Shown here: positions 8,217-15,172 of the stretch, one piece after another
Numbering within the stretch: position 1 is the first letter of the stretch
Layout: each line of letters begins with the position of its first letter
DNA from: Gemmatimonadota bacterium
GTDB lineage: Bacteria; Latescibacterota; UBA2968; UBA8231
DNA length: 15,172 nucleotides
Assembly (NCBI GenBank): GCA_038128265.1
Contig: JAYPJE010000078.1
Coordinates: 1 to 15,172, forward strand
Reading direction: 5' to 3'
Position numbers and translations under genes: made by a program
The notes under the pieces: generated by a model
What the model was told of the DNA's origin: nothing
What the model saw: the letters and a program-made list of their open reading frames with translations, nothing else
The model's database searches: none

Positions 8217-9350
8217 CTACCAATTCGCATAGGAACCATCTTCGCGCACAAACCAGATGCCCGCACCCGCGCGCGGTTCGCCTTCGACCAGCGCCTCTTC
8301 GTTCAGCTCTACGCCTAAGCCCGGCCCTTCGGGCGGCAGCAGATGGCCGTTGGCAAAGGGCACCTGCACCGGAAAGACATCGGTATGTACCGTGCCGGGC
8401 GCGCGCGGACATTCCTGCACACCGACCAGAGACGAGGCGAAGCACAGATGGGCACAGGCCGCCGTCGAGACCGGCCCGAGCGGATTGTGCGGCGCCAAAT
8501 AGATGTAGTGGGTCTCGCACCAACCGGCGATTTTGCGCGCCTCCGTCAATCCTCCGGCGATGCACAGATCAATGCGCGCGAAATCCATTAACTCCTCTTC
8601 GATTACCTGTCGGAACGCCCACTTGCCCGCCCACTGCTCGCCGACGGCAAGTGGCACGGACGTGTGCTGGCGCACCAGCCGCAGGCTCTCGCTGCTCTCG
8701 CTGCGAATCGGATCCTCAATAAAAAACGGCCGGTACTGTTCGACGCCTCGGCAAAACTGGATCGCCGCCGATGGGTCGAGGCGCGTGTGCACGTCGACGC
8801 AAATTTCAACCTCGTCACCCAGCGCTTCGCGCACGGCGCGCACCTGCTCGATGCCAAAGCGCACGGCGCGCGATGGTTCCAGCACATCCTTGCCGCCTTC
8901 CGGGTCGACCATTCCCCAGCGCACAAATTGGTAGCCTGCTTCGCGCGTTGCCCTACAGCTTTCGACCAGCTTGTCGATGTCTTGGGGATCGCCGTTGTGC
9001 GGGTAGCAAACTACCTTGTCGCGCACGCGCCCCCCCAACAGTTCGTAGACCGGCACGCCCAGTGCCTTGGCCTTAATGTCCCACAGGGCAATGTCGATGG
9101 CGCTAACAGCGCTTGTTTGCACGCCGCCGCCGGGAAAGAATCCGCCGCGAAACATCACCTGCCACAGGTGCTCAATGCGAAAGGGATCTTGGCCGATTAG
9201 GTCGGGCGCCATACTGTGAATGGTCTCGGCAATGGCACGCCCGCGGCGCTTCATGCCCGCTTCGCCAAGGCCATACAGACCCGAATCCGTCTCGACTTTG
9301 ACAAAAACACCCGCGTCGATAACAAAGGGTTTTATTGCCGTGATCTTCAT
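8217..9350 (-). CDS. Enolase-superfamily acid-sugar dehydratase (galactonate/mannonate dehydratase-like); C-terminal 377 aa of the 8217-9995 ORF
   Basis: Typical N-terminus MKITAIK...VKVETDSGLYGLGEA, then SAIDIALWDIKAKALGVPVYELLGG, CVDVHTR, FIEDP, VGEQ, PHNP and PGLGVELNE. Has its own SD (AGGA) 8 nt before ATG 9350. Confidence 0.88.
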   Translation of the reverse strand: MKITAIKPFVIDAGVFVKVETDSGLYGLGEAGMKRRGRAIAETIHSMAPDLIGQDPFRIEHLWQVMFRGGFFPGGGVQTSAVSAIDIALWDIKAKALGVPVYELLGGRVRDKVVCYPHNGDPQDIDKLVESCRATREAGYQFVRWGMVDPEGGKDVLEPSRAVRFGIEQVRAVREALGDEVEICVDVHTRLDPSAAIQFCRGVEQYRPFFIEDPIRSESSESLRLVRQHTSVPLAVGEQWAGKWAFRQVIEEELMDFARIDLCIAGGLTEARKIAGWCETHYIYLAPHNPLGPVSTAACAHLCFASSLVGVQECPRAPGTVHTDVFPVQVPFANGHLLPPEGPGLGVELNEEALVEGEPRAGAGIWFVREDGSYANW

Positions 9351-9995
9351 GGCCGTATTCCTATGGTGAACGGGTGTGAGCGCCAGCGGCTCCGCAGGCG
9401 GCGGCAGCAGGCGCGCGCGAAAGTCGTCGAGCGGAAAGGCCGGACCTGGATCTATTTTTCGGTCGGGGGCAATTTCCTCGTGACCGAGTATGTGGCAGAT
9501 GCCGTACTCGGCAATCAGCAGCCTGCACAGCGCTTCCACGACGCGCACCTGCTCTTCGGGAAAGCGGTGCCAGCAGGTCGACTGCGTCTGGTTGCGGTGC
9601 ACGCCGCGCACGACTTCTTCGGGCGGATAGGCCTGGCCAAACCACGAAACGTACTGGCCGTCCTTTTCCTCCAGCTGCCCGGCATTGTCTATTTCAATGC
9701 CGATGGAGTATTTGTTAAAGCCCTCGCGCTCGCCCCACTTGCTCACGCCGGCGTGCCAGCCAATGATGTTGAAGGGGAGCATCTGCGTTACCGATCCATC
9801 GCGGCCAACGACTAGGTGGGCGGAGACTTTGCGCTCGGTGTCGCTCAGCGTGCGGATGGCCGACTCGGCGGTGGCACCGGCCGTATAGTGTAGGACGATG
9901 GTGTCCAGTGCACCGGGCGCATAGGGTCCCCCCTGGTTGGGTGACTCGCGATAGTCGACGCCCTCACCTTCTAAACGATGGTTCGCTATTTTCAT
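9351..9995 (-). CDS. N-acetylmuramoyl-L-alanine amidase (Amidase_2, AmpD-like); no stop codon, reads in frame into the dehydratase
   Basis: SPN, IVLHYT (Zn His), SAHLVV, WHAG, NKYSIGIE (catalytic Glu) and GHEEIAPDRKIDPG (Zn His/Asp). An in-frame TAG six codons upstream fixes the start at 9995. No signal peptide. Confidence 0.88.
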
Positions 9996-10088
9996 CCCGC
10001 ACCCGCCTGGCTAGTCCGTTGGAGGCAGTGGGTTGGCATGCACGAGGGAGTCGCTTCCCCCTGCCGGAAGTCCCATGGGGTAAACAGT

Positions 10089-10125
10089 AGAGAAAGAAGA
10101 CCTGCGCGTCCAGATCACGCACAGG
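10089..10125 (-). terminator. Candidate intrinsic terminator in the amidase leader
   Basis: Minus-strand RNA reads CCUGUGCGU-GAUCUGG-ACGCGCAGG (9-bp stem with one G-U), followed by UCUUCUUUCUCU. It ends about 93 nt upstream of the amidase ATG. Confidence 0.55.
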
Positions 10126-10235
10126 GTACGCTTCTGCGGGAGCCGCTCTCAGCGAGTGTTCGGCTGGGGTAGCGTCCCCGTTTCGAAACGCGTCCGGGTC
10201 GCCATTTAACCGATTTGTAACCGACCTGCGACGCG
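10089..10235 (-). ncRNA. Candidate structured leader RNA (attenuator/riboswitch-like) or small RNA, family not recognised
   Basis: Begins 6 nt after a TAGAAT hexamer. Contains stem A (10235-10222 with 10201-10189), nested stem B (ACGCU/AGCGU, AGCCG/CGGCU, CUC/GAG; 10175-10128), the terminator, and an alternative 13-bp pairing that would disrupt the terminator. Confidence 0.45.
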
Positions 10236-10241
10236 GAAGAC

Positions 10242-10247
10242 ATTCTA
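10242..10247 (-). promoter_or_regulatory. Putative sigma70 -10 element (TAGAAT) for the leader/amidase transcript
   Basis: 5/6 match to TATAAT, placed so that +1 falls at about 10235. No good -35 element. An imperfect palindrome GCCCAATAGATTGATGGGC (10248-10266) abuts it. Confidence 0.3.
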
Positions 10248-10355
10248 GCCCAATAGATTGATGGGCGTCCGGTGCAGCACGCTGATCTCCTCGATGCCTT
10301 GGACGACCTCCTCAACTCCCCTATCCCGGCGGAGCCAAGGCGATCAGACGGCAGT

Positions 10356-10397
10356 AAAAAGACCTGCTCTTTGCGGCGGTAGAGCAGGTCTTTTTTT
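10356..10397. terminator. Bidirectional intrinsic terminator
   Basis: Perfect 15-bp inverted repeat AAAAAGACCTGCTCT (10356-10370) / AGAGCAGGTCTTTTT (10381-10395) with a 10-nt loop. T7 tail on +, T5 tail on -. Lies about 110 nt downstream of the GH1 stop. Confidence 0.85.
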
Positions 10398-10504
10398 GCA
10401 TTCGCTGTGCCGGGTGCAACAAATGGCTTGGCAAACACGGCATCAAACGGCCGCCTGCATCCCGACGGAATTCGTCCCAGGCGATCAGCTGGCCAGCGCG
10501 CCGC

Positions 10505-11872
10505 TCAACGCGATCCCAACACCGCGCCATTGCTTTCGATAACCGTCCGGTACCAGTGTGCAGAATCCTTTAATATGCGCTCCTGCGTTTGGTAGTCGAC
10601 GTATACTAAGCCAAAGCGCTCTTTATACCCTTCGGCCCACTCGAAGTTGTCAAAGATAGACCAGTGGAAATAGCCCTCAATCGGCACTCCGTCTTCACCA
10701 GCGCGCTTAAACTCCAATAGGTAGCGCTCGGTAAAGTCTATGCGCTGGGGGTCGTGCACCTTACCGTCGAGCGAAACCCAGTCCTGGTTGGACAATCCGT
10801 TTTCCGTGATGACGATGGGCAGCCCGTAGCGCTCGTAGTAAAAGCGCGGCCCCCAATAGAGCGCCTCGGGCGTCACCGGCCACTTGTTGGCGCAAATGGG
10901 GTTGCCCTGGGGGCGATCCACCTGGCGAAAGCGTCCCTGCTCGTTGCGACCAAGGGTCCAGCCGTTGTAAATATTCGTGCCATAGAAATCGAGCGGCTGG
11001 CACATGGTATCAAAGTCGCTATCCTTGAATTTGGGCGCTGCACTGCCGTAGGTAGCAAGCCCGTCTTCTGGATAGTGACCTAGTATGACCGGGTCAGACC
11101 ACCACGAAATATTCCAGCAGTTTCTGTTTTTAATCGCAAACATCGCGCGCCGCGCCTGCTCCACGTTCTCCTCGTCTCCCTCGTCAGCCGGCACTACGGG
11201 GCTGCCCGTAGGCGCATAGCCGATGACAGAGTCGAGCTTGGCGCGGGCGCGTATGACCTGCACCGAACGGCCATGGGCCAGCAGCGTATGGTGTCCGGCC
11301 AGCAGCACCTCTTCCAAGCCCAGCTTGTCGCCGGGTGCGTGGATGCCGTCGAGCAGGCCCAAGCCGATAAAGCACTGCGGCTCGTTGAGCGTCATCCAGT
11401 GTTTCACACGGTCGGATAACCGGTCGACGAGCACTTCTGTGTACTCGGCAAACCACTCCGGACTCTGCGGGTTGAGCCAACCGCCGCGGCAGTAGAGCGC
11501 GTGCGGAAAGTCCCAGTGAAAGAGCGTCACGTAGGGCGTAATGTCGACGGCCAGCAGCTCGTCGATTAGCCGGTCGTAAAAGTCTAGGCCGGCTTCGCTG
11601 ACCGGCCCCACGCCCTCGGGCAGCACGCGCGGCCAGCTAACGGATAGGCGATAGGCCATGAGGCCCATCTGCTTCATCAGCGCCACGTCTTCCTCATAGC
11701 GGTGGTAGTGGTCTATGGCCACGTCGCCGGTGTGCCCTGCGTAGACGCGCCCCGGCTGGCGGCACATCATATCCCACACCGACAGCCCCTTGCCGTCGTC
11801 GTAGGCACCCCCCTCAATTTGGTACGACGCGGCGGCCGCACCCCAAACAAAACGGTCGGGAAAACTCATCAT
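10505..11872 (-). CDS. Glycoside hydrolase family 1 beta-glucosidase
   Basis: FPDRFVWGAAAASYQIEG, YRLSVSWPR, TLFHWD, acid/base TLNEP, nucleophile ITENG and WSIFDNFEWAEGY. Start is at 11872 or 11869 (GGAG 3 or 6 nt upstream). Confidence 0.95.
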   Translation of the reverse strand: MMSFPDRFVWGAAAASYQIEGGAYDDGKGLSVWDMMCRQPGRVYAGHTGDVAIDHYHRYEEDVALMKQMGLMAYRLSVSWPRVLPEGVGPVSEAGLDFYDRLIDELLAVDITPYVTLFHWDFPHALYCRGGWLNPQSPEWFAEYTEVLVDRLSDRVKHWMTLNEPQCFIGLGLLDGIHAPGDKLGLEEVLLAGHHTLLAHGRSVQVIRARAKLDSVIGYAPTGSPVVPADEGDEENVEQARRAMFAIKNRNCWNISWWSDPVILGHYPEDGLATYGSAAPKFKDSDFDTMCQPLDFYGTNIYNGWTLGRNEQGRFRQVDRPQGNPICANKWPVTPEALYWGPRFYYERYGLPIVITENGLSNQDWVSLDGKVHDPQRIDFTERYLLEFKRAGEDGVPIEGYFHWSIFDNFEWAEGYKERFGLVYVDYQTQERILKDSAHWYRTVIESNGAVLGSR

Positions 11873-11988
11873 CAGCTCCATCTTTGCAGCGAGAACAACT
11901 GCCCATTATGCGTTATATTGGAAAACCGCGATCGAAATCTAAGCATCCGAAGACTCGCGCCCAACGGTGGCCCAACGAGAGAGCAAGC

Positions 11989-12576
11989 ATGCCCGAAGAC
12001 TCCATTGACGCGCTGCGTCGCGACATCCAATTCAGTGAAACGCTGCGCGGCCGCACGCTGTCTTTTCACACGACGTGGGGACTTTTCAACCCCAAACACG
12101 TCGACGAAGGTTCGCGGCTGCTCATTGATTGCGTCGAAGCGCCGACCGATGCCGTCTGTCTCGATATAGGCTGTGGCTACGGACCCATTGGTCTGGCCTT
12201 GGCACAGCTGTGCCCACAGGGCACCGTGCACATGGTCGACAAGGATTTCGTCGCCGTAGAGTATGCTCAGAACAATGCCCTGCGCAACGGGCTGAGCAAC
12301 TGCCAAATCTATCTGAGCAACGGGTTGAGCAACGTCCCCGAAGGCACTCAATTCGACCGAGTCGTATCCAACTTACCAGCCAAGGTAGGCAACGAACTGC
12401 TATCGATTTTTCTGCACGACGCGCGCGAACACCTAGCCGTTGGCGGCAGGCTCTACGTCGTGACGATCGCCGGGCTAAAAAACTACGTCAAGCGCACCTT
12501 TCGCGAGACGTTCGGAAACTATAAAAAAATAAAACAGCGCGGAACGTATCTGGTATCGATGGCAGAAAGGGAGTAG
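11989..12576 (+). CDS. Class I SAM-dependent methyltransferase, small MTS domain (RsmC/YbxB-like single domain)
   Basis: GLF...VDEGSRLL, motif I LDIGCGYGPIG, MVD, motif IV region VSNLP and GGRLYVV. The domain begins at ATG 11989; the upstream TTG extension is non-domain and would fill the divergent promoter gap. Confidence 0.85.
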   Translation: MPEDSIDALRRDIQFSETLRGRTLSFHTTWGLFNPKHVDEGSRLLIDCVEAPTDAVCLDIGCGYGPIGLALAQLCPQGTVHMVDKDFVAVEYAQNNALRNGLSNCQIYLSNGLSNVPEGTQFDRVVSNLPAKVGNELLSIFLHDAREHLAVGGRLYVVTIAGLKNYVKRTFRETFGNYKKIKQRGTYLVSMAERE

Positions 12577-12596
12577 CGAAAAATCGCCGACTCGAT

Positions 12597-13964
12597 CTAC
12601 TGCTCCAAGTAGCGAATGCGTTTGTTGATATCCGTATTCACCGAGTGGTAGGGCAGCATGAGATTGCCCGAAGCAAAGAGCGTGCGGCGAATATGCTCGA
12701 CGTCGTCGTGGCCAATGGCCGTCGTAAAAATGGGCAACAGGTAATCAATGCCTACCTGCGACGGCTTCATGCGCTCTGCATCGTAAAACGATGCGTGCAT
12801 AAAGCGCGCGTGTATCTGCCCCCAGCGGTCGCGCAGGCGATGGCCTTCAAAGCTATCGACATAGAAGCCGCGCTCGTGACTCCACTGCAGCACCGATACT
12901 GCGTTGTTTTGGCCTTCGAGCAGCATATCAACCGCCTTGCCACCCAGCTGCGAGGCGTAAAAGCGATCGAATAGCACGGGCCGCCCACCGCGCTGGGTGT
13001 GACCCACCTTGCGCGTAAATATGGCCGCGCTAGCGGACTCACCGCGCCGCCGACTGACAAAGTAGCCATCGCCAATGCGCTGTATTAGCATCGTGCGCAG
13101 CGCCTCGGCCGCGCCGCTGAGAATGATGTTGCCCGCCGGGTCGGTCGTGTGCTGAGCCGCGCCCAACTCGTTGCCCTCTTCATCCGTAATGCCCTCTCCG
13201 CATACGATAACGACGTTTTTTTGCAGCTCATACAGCTCCGTAATGCGTTCGACGAGCGGGTCGATATGCACGGGCGACTCGGGAATCAGAATTATGTCCG
13301 GTCTACCGAAAGCCGATCCCAGCGCGATATACCCAGAGTGGCGACCCATCACTTCAATAATGGCAATGCGCCGGTGGCTTTCGGCCGTCGTGCGCACCCG
13401 CTCGACGCCCATGGCCGAATCGAATACGGCCGTGGCATAGCCGGGCGTAGCATAGTTGACCATGTGCTCTTGCCTAAAGGCTATGCGCGAACGCCGGTGC
13501 TGATAGCGACCGCTCTCATCGCGAAACCACTCGTCGGGCTCGCTCGGGTAGTTCAGCCCTAGGTCGTTATCAATGGTCTTGGGAGCTAAGACCACGGGCA
13601 GGCGTTCCGTGAGCGGTTGGAGGCCGTTGAGCGTGCCGTCTCCGCCTATGCATATTAGCCCCTCTATCTGCAATCGCTTTAACCGATCGTATATCTGCTC
13701 TATTTGCTGCGGATCGTCGCCCGACAGGTAGTCGCGCGAAGCGCCCAACACCGTGCCGCCCACCGTGGCATCGAGCTCGGGGATTTCGCGCATAAGCGGA
13801 TTGAGCTGCACGTGCGGCAGGTGCGGGTTGAGCAGGCTGTTAAATCCCTTGATAAAGCCAAAAATCTCTAGGTGAAGCTGGCTAGCGCGCGCTACCGCCC
13901 CGTGAATTGTCGCGTTGAGCGCCGGCGTGTCCCCACCTGCCGTGAGAATTCCTATTCGCTTCAT
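12597..13964 (-). CDS. pfkA: 6-phosphofructokinase (PfkA family), long form
   Basis: IGILTAGGDTPALNA, GGTVLGASR, IGGDGT, PKTIDND, EVMGRHSG, LIPE, GEG and GHTQRGG. Confidence 0.92.
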   Translation of the reverse strand: MKRIGILTAGGDTPALNATIHGAVARASQLHLEIFGFIKGFNSLLNPHLPHVQLNPLMREIPELDATVGGTVLGASRDYLSGDDPQQIEQIYDRLKRLQIEGLICIGGDGTLNGLQPLTERLPVVLAPKTIDNDLGLNYPSEPDEWFRDESGRYQHRRSRIAFRQEHMVNYATPGYATAVFDSAMGVERVRTTAESHRRIAIIEVMGRHSGYIALGSAFGRPDIILIPESPVHIDPLVERITELYELQKNVVIVCGEGITDEEGNELGAAQHTTDPAGNIILSGAAEALRTMLIQRIGDGYFVSRRRGESASAAIFTRKVGHTQRGGRPVLFDRFYASQLGGKAVDMLLEGQNNAVSVLQWSHERGFYVDSFEGHRLRDRWGQIHARFMHASFYDAERMKPSQVGIDYLLPIFTTAIGHDDVEHIRRTLFASGNLMLPYHSVNTDINKRIRYLEQ

Positions 13965-13976
13965 AATGACTCTTTC

Positions 13977-14513
13977 TCACCTCGTTCCATTGTTCAACTC
14001 CCCTGGATCGTCACCGGACGGCAAAACCAAATCGATTGCTTCGATAAGTCGGCATACCTCGTCGTAAAACGCCGCAAACATCGCCCCGCCCAAGTACGCT
14101 AGGTCAGCGTTAATATCGCCGCCCGCACAGCATCGGGCAAAGGCGCTGCCAACGGCATCGCGCAGACTGCCAGGGCCCTTCGGTTGACCACCTGCCGCCT
14201 GGCCGTAGAGCGCCAGGTGGTCTCGCAGGTCTTCGCCCAGACCCAGTCCCACATCGTCTTCCAAGCGCTGCCAGTGCTGGTACAGCCGATTCTGCATGTC
14301 CGCGCGCGTGGACTCGTCGGCCAGCGTTGTTGCAAACGCTAAATCGGCAGCATAAGCGCGCAAAAACATCAGCTCTGACTGCACGCGGCCCAGCTCTACT
14401 CCCAGCGCGTCGGCCAGTGCACCGAGCGCATCCTGCTCGCGCTCGCCCGGCAGGCAAATCGCATCCATTAGCACGGCAGCCAACTCCATCGTTGAAACTC
14501 GCTCAGCAGTCAA
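13977..14513 (-). CDS. Hypothetical protein, probably co-transcribed with pfkA
   Basis: 178-aa Ala/Leu-rich helical-looking ORF filling the gap, with its stop 12 nt before the pfkA start. Start is uncertain (TTG 14513 or ATG 14489). Confidence 0.7.
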   Translation of the reverse strand: MTAERVSTMELAAVLMDAICLPGEREQDALGALADALGVELGRVQSELMFLRAYAADLAFATTLADESTRADMQNRLYQHWQRLEDDVGLGLGEDLRDHLALYGQAAGGQPKGPGSLRDAVGSAFARCCAGGDINADLAYLGGAMFAAFYDEVCRLIEAIDLVLPSGDDPGELNNGTR

Positions 14514-14547
14514 CGCTATTTGCCTTTTCTGGCACTGATTTAATTCC

Positions 14548-14576
14548 TTTACAAACCTTTTTATATTCAGTAAGAT
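14548..14576 (+). promoter_or_regulatory. sigma70-type promoter
   Basis: TTTACA (14548-14553), a 17-nt spacer and TAAGAT (14571-14576), in an AT-rich divergent intergenic gap. Confidence 0.65.
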
Positions 14577-14583
14577 ACATCAC

Positions 14584-14943
14584 ATGGAAGCATTGGAAGC
14601 CATCCTTAGCGCCCCCGTTCTTTTCGCCGTTATAGCCATTGCCTCATTTGCCTTGGTGGCCAGAGCCGTGGTGGTCGTGCTGCGCCAACTGCCCTCGCTG
14701 AGCACGCAGCTCGAACAGGTCCAGCGCCAGCTGGCTAGCGCGCACGATGGCATACCGCAAAAACGCGCAGAGCTCAGCAAACTACATGAAAGAATCAAGC
14801 CGCTCAAGCTGACGGCCCAGCACCTGCAGGACTACAGCACGACGCTACTCGACATTGAGCGCAAGGCTGTACGAGAAGAGGAAGATAGGCTGCACCGGGA
14901 AGATATTCCCATCCATCGCCCTGGAGCGCCCAGAGATATTTGA
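14584..14943 (+). CDS. Hypothetical membrane-anchored coiled-coil protein
   Basis: 119 aa. N-terminal hydrophobic segment (VLFAVIAIASFALVARAVVVVL) followed by a heptad-like L/Q/E/K-rich helix. Promoter directly upstream. Confidence 0.75.
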   Translation: MEALEAILSAPVLFAVIAIASFALVARAVVVVLRQLPSLSTQLEQVQRQLASAHDGIPQKRAELSKLHERIKPLKLTAQHLQDYSTTLLDIERKAVREEEDRLHREDIPIHRPGAPRDI

Positions 14944-15060
14944 GCTTCTGAAAAAATTCGCCTCATCTACCCGTCGTCCGCTGTCTGCCGCAGCGGGTGT
15001 ACAAAGGGTCGATTCCACTCTCCGCTGTGAGCGGCCTGCCCACCTATAAATCCGACTCCC

Positions 15061-15172
15061 GTGCTTAATATACGGCGCCCTTTCCTGTACTACGGCCTCT
15101 TCCTCAGTATGGTCTCATGGCTGTGCTTTGGCTCACTGCGCCACCACCCGCTCGATGGCCACGACGCCGAGA
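15061..15172 (+). CDS. Probable start of a membrane protein, 3'-truncated by the window edge
   Basis: GTG after the in-frame TGA at 15028-15030 gives MLNIRRPFLYYGLFLSMVSWLCFGSLRHHPLDGHDAE, open to the edge. It has a basic N-terminus plus a hydrophobic helix. Only 37 codons are visible and there is no SD. Confidence 0.45.
   Translation, partial: MLNIRRPFLYYGLFLSMVSWLCFGSLRHHPLDGHDAE

Noticed and set aside
8217..9350. L-Ala-D/L-Glu epimerase, which would neatly explain the fusion to an amidase
   Set aside because: These epimerases need the KxK motif, a second catalytic Lys and a DxD motif. This domain has FVRWG, RID and PHNP, which are dehydratase-type residues.
10100..10180. TPP riboswitch: collinear minus-strand words CGGGG, GCUGAGA, UACCC and UGAUCUGGA resemble the thiM aptamer
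   Set aside because: P4 (CCU/AGG), the L5 UAAU loop and the CCAGCGUAGG tract are missing, P3 does not form, and the downstream gene is unrelated to thiamine. At most a degenerate resemblance; a cmsearch with the Rfam TPP model would settle it.
10060..10345. RNase P RNA, T-box or c-di-GMP-I riboswitch (fragments GGAAGTCC, GGTAAAC, CAGCGAG, TCACGCACAGGG)
   Set aside because: The short matches are in the wrong order or spacing. There is no GAGGAAAGUCC with a 3' ACAGAA..CGGCUUA, no UGGNACC T-box bulge, and no GCAAA..GNRA..GCAAAG core.
10338..10488. Direct repeat AGGCGATCAG (10338-10347 and 10479-10488) as the target-site duplication of a small element
   Set aside because: There are no terminal inverted repeats and no transposase. 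A single 10-mer pair is weak evidence.
10115..10595. ORF-track ORFs in the intergenic region (10115-10438 -, 10258-10542 +, 10321-10530 -, 10407-10595 +)
   Set aside because: The first three run through the strong terminator and the last overlaps the GH1 3' end. None has a convincing SD or a protein-like motif.
11884..11988. 35-aa N-terminal extension of the methyltransferase (TTG start in the ORF track)
   Set aside because: It is non-domain basic sequence that would leave almost no room for divergent promoters. ATG 11989 fits the family length.

Overview
GC-rich bacterial chromosomal window holding 15 CDS plus a probable partial CDS at the 3' edge. Most are catabolic singletons in mixed orientation. 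They comprise an enolase-superfamily enzyme (5'-truncated), two tandem PhyH-family Fe(II)/2OG oxygenases, an SGNH hydrolase, a stand-alone ABC-type ATPase, a phytoene-dehydrogenase-like flavoprotein, an S1 protease lipoprotein, a BNR/sialidase-fold protein, an Amidase_2 domain in frame with an acid-sugar dehydratase, a GH1 beta-glucosidase, a small SAM methyltransferase, a long PfkA and hypotheticals. No rRNA, tRNA, CRISPR array or mobile element was seen. Three things stand out. (1) A 509-bp intergenic region (9996-10504) upstream of the amidase contains a candidate terminator/antiterminator RNA switch, a short SD-led uORF, a CU-rich hairpin and a bidirectional terminator. (2) The amidase and dehydratase form one in-frame ORF with an internal SD. 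(3) One PhyH paralog has the HxG motif typical of Fe/2OG halogenases. All family calls come from motif recognition by eye; no searches or folding programs were run.
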